From an uncultured archaeon (lineage in GTDB: Archaea; Asgardarchaeota; Lokiarchaeia; Sigyniarchaeales; SOKP01), in assembly GCA_964486045.1 (NCBI GenBank), contig CAZALK010000008.1, forward strand, positions 1-64,000: DNA of 64,000 nt, in the 5' to 3' direction. The number at the start of each line of letters is the position of its first letter. The stretch's first letter is position 1. The notes below the pieces were generated by a model. That model searched no databases, was not told the DNA's origin, and saw only the letters and a program-made list of their open reading frames with translations. The position numbers and the translations under genes are program-made. Shown here piece by piece: positions 58,891-64,000 of the stretch.

Positions 58891-59069
58891 TAATTAATTA
58901 TATTCTATTCAAACTTAAATAATTTCTATTTTAATTAATAGGAGTAAGGAAGATTTATGGTTTCAATTTAATTAAGTGAAAAAGATTTAGTGTCAAGTCA
59001 TTTAAATAGCAGTTAATTAGTTTTTTAATTACTAATAAAATCAAAGTTGAGTTATGAATAATAAAAAAA

Positions 59070-60557
59070 ATGAGGGAAGAAAGGGAAATTAAACGAAACC
59101 ATATCAATACTTCATGTAGTAAAAATGAGTTAACAAAAAACACAGGAAAGGGTAATTATGGGACAATGGATAATTTTTTTGAAGATATTAAATCAGGTTC
59201 TATAGAGGTTGAAAGAGAATATTTTACCAGTAAATCAGGTCTTCCTTATGATGAGGAAATAGTAGTAAAAGATCCAAATGGGATTGTTTGTAAGGTTAAA
59301 ATTGGAAGTATAGAGAATTCATGGAAAAACTTAAAAGTTTTATCAATCAACAAATTTAATTCACCGAAATTTGGTTCACCGAAATTTGTACCGATTATAA
59401 ATTTTTTAAAAAGTGTAACTTCATTTTTATTAAAAATTCGGTTATCAGATGGGAGACAAATTGTCTGTAGTCAGAATCACATTTTTCCTAAAATTGTAAT
59501 TTCTATCAATTTTAAATCATATAATTCTCCAGAAAGCTTCTTTTCAATTAAATATGTGAATGCTAAAGAACTAAAGGAGCGAGATAATTTGTTAGTCTTT
59601 CACAAGATTCCATTGACTTCAAACGTTCCAAAATATATTTTTATTCCTAAACTTCTTAATTGGGAGCATAAATGGATTGGAATAAAAAGAAGTGATTATG
59701 TAAAATTTTCCTATAGAACGAATCAAAGAACTAATAATCCTTTAATACAATTAATAAATTCAAAATTTCAATATTCCAAGGTGGGAAAAAAATATAGAAC
59801 ACTTTGGTCAAATTTATCAAATTCGGAAAAACTTTTTCTTGAAATGGAAGCGAAAAGAAATCACGTTGAAATCTTGATAAAGATCCATGAAAATGTTGGA
59901 TTTTGGTATTCATCAATAGTTCCATTAACAGATGATTTTTTTAGATATTTAGGTTGGTATGTTGCTGAGGGGTCTACAGACAAGAATAGAGTGACTATTT
60001 CTCAATCAAAAGAAAAAAATTATAATAATTGGATTGAAATTATTGATCTCCTTAAGCGATTAGGGTTCCCTGTAAGCATTTGCGCGCAAAATATGATCAG
60101 AATAAATTCAAATGTCTTAACTGAGCTAACAATTGAATTATGCTTAAAATTGGCTCAAAACAAGAAAATTCCTTTAGAATTAATTATGAATAATAGTAGG
60201 ATAAAGTCATTTTTAGAAACATATTATAAAGGAGATGGTTGTCAATTAAGAGGGGAATTAAAGAAATATACAACCACAAGTCAGCAATTAAAAAATGATT
60301 TAGTAAGCATTCTTGGAGCGACAGGACATTTTTGTTCTATTTGGTATCCAAGTTCTTCAGATAATTGTTATCGTATAACCGAAACTGATGGAAAACATTA
60401 TAAAAGAAAATACTTAGGTCTTCTTAAATTCAACAGTACAACTCCCATAAGGATTAAGTCCATAAGAAAAGTTAAAAAAAATTATGATATATTTAATTTA
60501 AAGACTGAAAATGGTTGGTTTGTCTCAACAAACGGAATTTTAGTCCAGGATTCTTAA
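59070..60557 (+). CDS. Free-standing intein-like (Hint + LAGLIDADG) protein lacking canonical splicing residues
   Basis: Block A GLPYDEEIVV, block B IRLSDGRQIVCSQNH, block C YLGWYVAEGS, block E FLETYYKGDG, block H TTSQQLKNDL, and blocks F/G IFNLKTENGWFVSTNGILVQDS-stop. Confidence 0.88.
   Translation: MREEREIKRNHINTSCSKNELTKNTGKGNYGTMDNFFEDIKSGSIEVEREYFTSKSGLPYDEEIVVKDPNGIVCKVKIGSIENSWKNLKVLSINKFNSPKFGSPKFVPIINFLKSVTSFLLKIRLSDGRQIVCSQNHIFPKIVISINFKSYNSPESFFSIKYVNAKELKERDNLLVFHKIPLTSNVPKYIFIPKLLNWEHKWIGIKRSDYVKFSYRTNQRTNNPLIQLINSKFQYSKVGKKYRTLWSNLSNSEKLFLEMEAKRNHVEILIKIHENVGFWYSSIVPLTDDFFRYLGWYVAEGSTDKNRVTISQSKEKNYNNWIEIIDLLKRLGFPVSICAQNMIRINSNVLTELTIELCLKLAQNKKIPLELIMNNSRIKSFLETYYKGDGCQLRGELKKYTTTSQQLKNDLVSILGATGHFCSIWYPSSSDNCYRITETDGKHYKRKYLGLLKFNSTTPIRIKSIRKVKKNYDIFNLKTENGWFVSTNGILVQDS
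59360..59388 (+). repeat. Short tandem duplication (TTCACCGAAATTTG x2, 15-nt period)
   Basis: Encodes SPKFG-SPKFV in the Hint N-terminal region. Confidence 0.75.
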
Positions 60558-60607
60558 TAAATTCAAAATTAAATCTTTTCTTATTTTCAATCATTATATG
60601 TGATTTT

Positions 60608-63544
60608 TCAAATAAATCCATCTAATTTTTGAAATTCAAGAGTTTCTAAGCTTGAAATATCAATACCAATACTAAAAGCATCAACAAACTGTTCTAGAGC
60701 TGATCTCAATAGTTCTTTGTATTTTTTCACATCAATATCTTGCAGATTTGCTAATTCTATTACTTTAGCTCCGATTTTATCTTTACTCTTAATAAAACTT
60801 ATCGTTTCGCCTTTTTGATATTCTTTTGCGGTTTTTTTTTTAAATTCTTGAGCAGCTCTAACATGCTGTGGTATTGTTTTTTTATAATTATCAAGCTTCT
60901 TTTGCATAATTATGTTAATTGCATAATCTTTTAAGTTGAACGTGTTGGGCTTTCCGATTTTTTTAAAATTTGAAATAATAAGCTTTTTGATATCTTTCTT
61001 TGCTTTTAAAAATTCATCATAGCTAGTGACCTCTTTAATAATTTCTAATAAATCACTGAAAGCTTTTTTAATAAATTCTGGTGTGTTTTTCTTCTTTGCT
61101 ACAAGGCCTTTCATGTCAATATATTTAGTATCCTTATATACTCCAAGATAATTCTTTTTTCTATCAGAAAGAGCTAAGAATTGATAAGTTTTTTCCTCTT
61201 CCAAGTCAAGATCAAGGGTTTTTTTACTCCAGTCAGTTATTTCACTCAATTGTTCTTTTGAAGGGTTTAAGAGGAAAACAGAATCTGTATCCCCATATAA
61301 AACCTTAATCCCTATTTCTTCAGTTTTTTTTATTGTTTGTTTAATAGAATATTGCCCTATTCCCGTGATGCTTTCTGCTACTGGTAAACAAAACAACGGG
61401 AAATTTTGAGACCCAAAAACACCAAAACTTGCGTTAACAAAAACTTTAAGCGCTTGTTGAATAGTTTGATTATAACTTCTTTGTTTTTCTGTTGAACTTT
61501 TATCTTCTGATTTAGGTTTAAAATACTTAACTCTTATATCCCTGAAAAATCCAACAACATAGGCAAAGATCCCCATCTTTTGAGAGCAAATATGGTATGG
61601 AGAGCCTTTTACTAAATTATCTCGATCTTCTTTATGAGGACAAATAACTGTTTCATAGGAAAGATTGTATTCCTTTATTATTGATGGATATAGACTTGCG
61701 AAATCCATAACAACAACATCAAAATGAATTCCAGGAACAGGTTTTATTACATATGCCCCTTGGAATTTCTTATCGTTCGCGCTAGACATCATTTTTCCCC
61801 CTTTCTTAAGCTCTGAAATCTCAGATCGCCGAGGGATTAAGTAATTCTTCCTACGGTGTTCAAAATGGAAAATATTTCGTATCCATGTTGATATTTGCCT
61901 TCTAACCATTTCATGGACAGGCATTTTAGTTATCCGGCATAACAAAATGATTAAATTCCAAACTAACGAGTTGTTAAATTTTGTCAGTTCTAAGGTTAAT
62001 AAAGAATCTTTCAGGTTATACCAGGAAAGGATATTATAATCCATATCTTGGATTTCTTCCTCATGCTGATATTTTTCCTCTCCCAGAAGAGCAGCACTAA
62101 TAGCATTCAAAGACGAACTTTCATAAGCACCTCCAAAAGCGTATCCAGAGATGCTTCTATTGAAAAATAAATTAAACACGTCAATGTGAATTCCACTCCT
62201 TAGTTCACATTCTGCTTTGGTCATAATACCAAACCCACGTTTAACTTGAATAGGATTAAGGTCTTTATTAACCTTTAGCCTGTCATTTGCCCTATGATAT
62301 AAATAGTTTAAATCAAAATTGTCTCCGTTAAATGTAATAACAACTGGATACTCCCACATTAGGCGAAATGTCTCTATTAGTAAACTTTTTTCAGATTTGA
62401 AGAAGATAACTTTCGCATCAGGAGGAAATTTTTCATGAGGTTTTGTATATTTGTAACCTTCCCTTTCTAGAATATAAACAAGTTTCAACCCATCTGTGGC
62501 AACAAAAGATATACTTATTACTTCCTGTTTGGCTAAGCGAGGGTCTGGAATGCCATGATCTTTAACATCCATACTTACCTCAATATCCATAGCCATACGT
62601 TTGACATCAGGGATTGGAGTAATGAAAATATCCAAAAATGCCTCAGAAAATTCTTGAATCTCGGGGGATTCATCTTTAAATAAATCTCTAAGCTCATTCG
62701 CCACTTTTTTGGAATCTTTATCGATCTTCTCAAAATCTATTTTTTCTAGCTTTCCATTTTTAATACAGTAAATAAGACCGGGGATTAACTGCCTATCGAA
62801 GATATAATTTAAATGATATCGGATATCAGCTTCGTAGGCTTTTTTTCCATTTTCTTCTAAAATAGTACGAATATTTGTCCCAGTGCCACCAATATTTGTT
62901 GGAGTTTCCCCATAAAGCTTTGTAATTTTAATTTCCTTATCGGATAATAAATCAAATTTTTTAATCTCTTCAAATCTTTTGAACCAAGGATATTCAGTTA
63001 ATTTAGTCTTTTCTAACTCTGAAATTGGCTCTTTACTTAAACAGTAAGGTTCATGGTCAGTGGTATCAATCCAAATTTTTATATCGTCTTCGTCTAAATC
63101 ATAGAATTTACAGTATGCTTTATTTTGCCCACCATCATAATCCACATCAAGCAATAACCCTTGATCTAAATTATCTACGATTTTTCCTGTTGCGATTAAA
63201 TAACGAATATATGTCGAAGTTACACCTTCTCTGAGTACTTTATCAAGTTTTACATTGCCTAATTTTAATCCAAAAGGTTCTTTGTTTTCCTTATAAAACA
63301 GATTTTTTGGAATTTCACCACTAACTAATTTTTCTTCAGGGGAAAACTTTTCAATATTTTTCTCTTTAATTGGTTCTGGTTTTTCAGCAGTTTTTTTTTC
63401 TTTAATTTCTTCTTTCGTGGTTACTTTTGCTGGTTCAATTTTCTCACCTTTTTTATCATCTACAAAAGAAAATAAGGATTTTTGCGCTTTGTCTTCAATA
63501 CTCTTCTTATTGCTTTTTTTTGGACTAGGCACTTTGTACACCAA
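60608..63544 (-). CDS. polB: Family B DNA polymerase (archaeal PolB1 type), intein-free
   Basis: Exonuclease motifs MDIEV, TFNGDNFD and YNLKDS. Polymerase motifs DFASLYPSII, QQALKVFVNASFG, YGDTDS, KKNY and PQHVRAA. Confidence 0.97.
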   Translation of the reverse strand: MVYKVPSPKKSNKKSIEDKAQKSLFSFVDDKKGEKIEPAKVTTKEEIKEKKTAEKPEPIKEKNIEKFSPEEKLVSGEIPKNLFYKENKEPFGLKLGNVKLDKVLREGVTSTYIRYLIATGKIVDNLDQGLLLDVDYDGGQNKAYCKFYDLDEDDIKIWIDTTDHEPYCLSKEPISELEKTKLTEYPWFKRFEEIKKFDLLSDKEIKITKLYGETPTNIGGTGTNIRTILEENGKKAYEADIRYHLNYIFDRQLIPGLIYCIKNGKLEKIDFEKIDKDSKKVANELRDLFKDESPEIQEFSEAFLDIFITPIPDVKRMAMDIEVSMDVKDHGIPDPRLAKQEVISISFVATDGLKLVYILEREGYKYTKPHEKFPPDAKVIFFKSEKSLLIETFRLMWEYPVVITFNGDNFDLNYLYHRANDRLKVNKDLNPIQVKRGFGIMTKAECELRSGIHIDVFNLFFNRSISGYAFGGAYESSSLNAISAALLGEEKYQHEEEIQDMDYNILSWYNLKDSLLTLELTKFNNSLVWNLIILLCRITKMPVHEMVRRQISTWIRNIFHFEHRRKNYLIPRRSEISELKKGGKMMSSANDKKFQGAYVIKPVPGIHFDVVVMDFASLYPSIIKEYNLSYETVICPHKEDRDNLVKGSPYHICSQKMGIFAYVVGFFRDIRVKYFKPKSEDKSSTEKQRSYNQTIQQALKVFVNASFGVFGSQNFPLFCLPVAESITGIGQYSIKQTIKKTEEIGIKVLYGDTDSVFLLNPSKEQLSEITDWSKKTLDLDLEEEKTYQFLALSDRKKNYLGVYKDTKYIDMKGLVAKKKNTPEFIKKAFSDLLEIIKEVTSYDEFLKAKKDIKKLIISNFKKIGKPNTFNLKDYAINIIMQKKLDNYKKTIPQHVRAAQEFKKKTAKEYQKGETISFIKSKDKIGAKVIELANLQDIDVKKYKELLRSALEQFVDAFSIGIDISSLETLEFQKLDGFI

Positions 63545-63685
63545 AATGAATTTTAATTATGAACTAAAGATAATTAGTACAAGATTAATTATAATACCAA
63601 CTATTCCTACTTTAATAGTATTACACTTATTTCTAATTTAATTTGCTATAAAAAAAAGTAGACTGAAAAGATTTCCTTTGATATT

Positions 63686-64000
63686 CTATGCAATTTTTTT
63701 GTTTTGAGTAATAATATTCTTTATTTCATCTAATAGCAGAGTTTTCTCAGCGATATACCAGTCAAGTTGGCTTTTTGAAGGATTTTCATGATAAATGATT
63801 TCTGAGACATCTCGAATTTCGTTTTCGGGAGGTTTAAGTAATTCACCATTTACATCCTCTCTTATTAATAAAACAAGATTATCGGTTTCTAAAGGTTGGA
63901 TATCATACCCATTCTTTACATTTTTGTTAATAGTAACACAAAGCTCAGCAAGCCGCCAAATCGACTTCTCTAACGTATCTCCTTTCTTATATATACGAAA
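63686..64000 (-). CDS. Partial ORF (runs off the window end) with DUF2934-like helical repeats
   Basis: Manual translation: FRIYKKGDTLEKSIWRLAEL...EIRDVSEIIYHENPSKSQLDWYIAEKTLLLDEIKNIITQNKKIA*, with a repeated W-x-x-A-E motif. Confidence 0.65.
   Translation of the reverse strand, partial: FRIYKKGDTLEKSIWRLAELCVTINKNVKNGYDIQPLETDNLVLLIREDVNGELLKPPENEIRDVSEIIYHENPSKSQLDWYIAEKTLLLDEIKNIITQNKKIA

Larger units (their letters stand above)
54589..61060. mobile_element. Putative island in the 3' end of polB, carrying an alternative polB 3' end, an intein-derived endonuclease gene and a defence-like cassette
   Basis: Bounded by two diverged same-orientation copies of the polB 3' end, with visibly AT-richer cargo and no integrase or transposase. 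Boundaries are approximate. Confidence 0.7.

Noticed and set aside
54589-61060. Classical integrase/IS element with att sites or terminal inverted repeats
   Set aside because: No tyrosine/serine recombinase or transposase motifs were seen, and no exact flanking DNA repeats were spotted by eye.
60608-63544. Intein inside polB
   Set aside because: The usual insertion motifs (DFASLYPSII, KVFVNASFG, YGDTDS) are uninterrupted. The intein-like gene is separate and on the opposite strand.
30168-63641. Short antisense or alternate-frame ORFs overlapping cdhC, mre11, pncB, tes, the esterase, the kinase, polB and others
   Set aside because: They overlap well-supported genes and lack independent coding signals.
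1-64000. CRISPR array, tRNA or rRNA genes
   Set aside because: No regularly spaced repeats or GC-rich structured RNA-like segments were recognised in the short AT-rich intergenic regions. A covariance-model search was not possible.

Overview
AT-rich archaeal DNA whose gene content points to a Lokiarchaeia-type Asgard archaeon (cdhC, Tes tetraether synthase, PolB1, a longin-like protein, an IPGY/Loki-CTERM-type sorting tail); the taxonomy is inferred. The first 28.3 kb is one ORF that is already open at base 1 (>9,447 aa). It encodes an acidic, sequon-rich, Ca-loop-containing surface protein with nested jelly-roll-like domains, then a hydrophobic helical region, then a basic C-terminal GIY-YIG-like nuclease plus helical/HTH region. 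A 162-aa orphan gene follows, giving a candidate giant toxin/immunity pair. From 29 to 54 kb are ordinary housekeeping and metabolic genes. From about 54.1 to 61.1 kb is an apparent island in the 3' end of polB. A frameshifted second copy of the last ~150 polB codons lies on the far side. Between the two copies are a free-standing, apparently splicing-dead intein/LAGLIDADG gene and a divergent AT-rich four-gene cassette (PD-(D/E)XK-like, TGT-like Zn protein, wHTH antitoxin-like, PIN). No integrase is visible. Three genes appear to start at ATT/ATA. No rRNA, tRNA or CRISPR array was recognised. All family calls come from motif reading by eye, not database searches.
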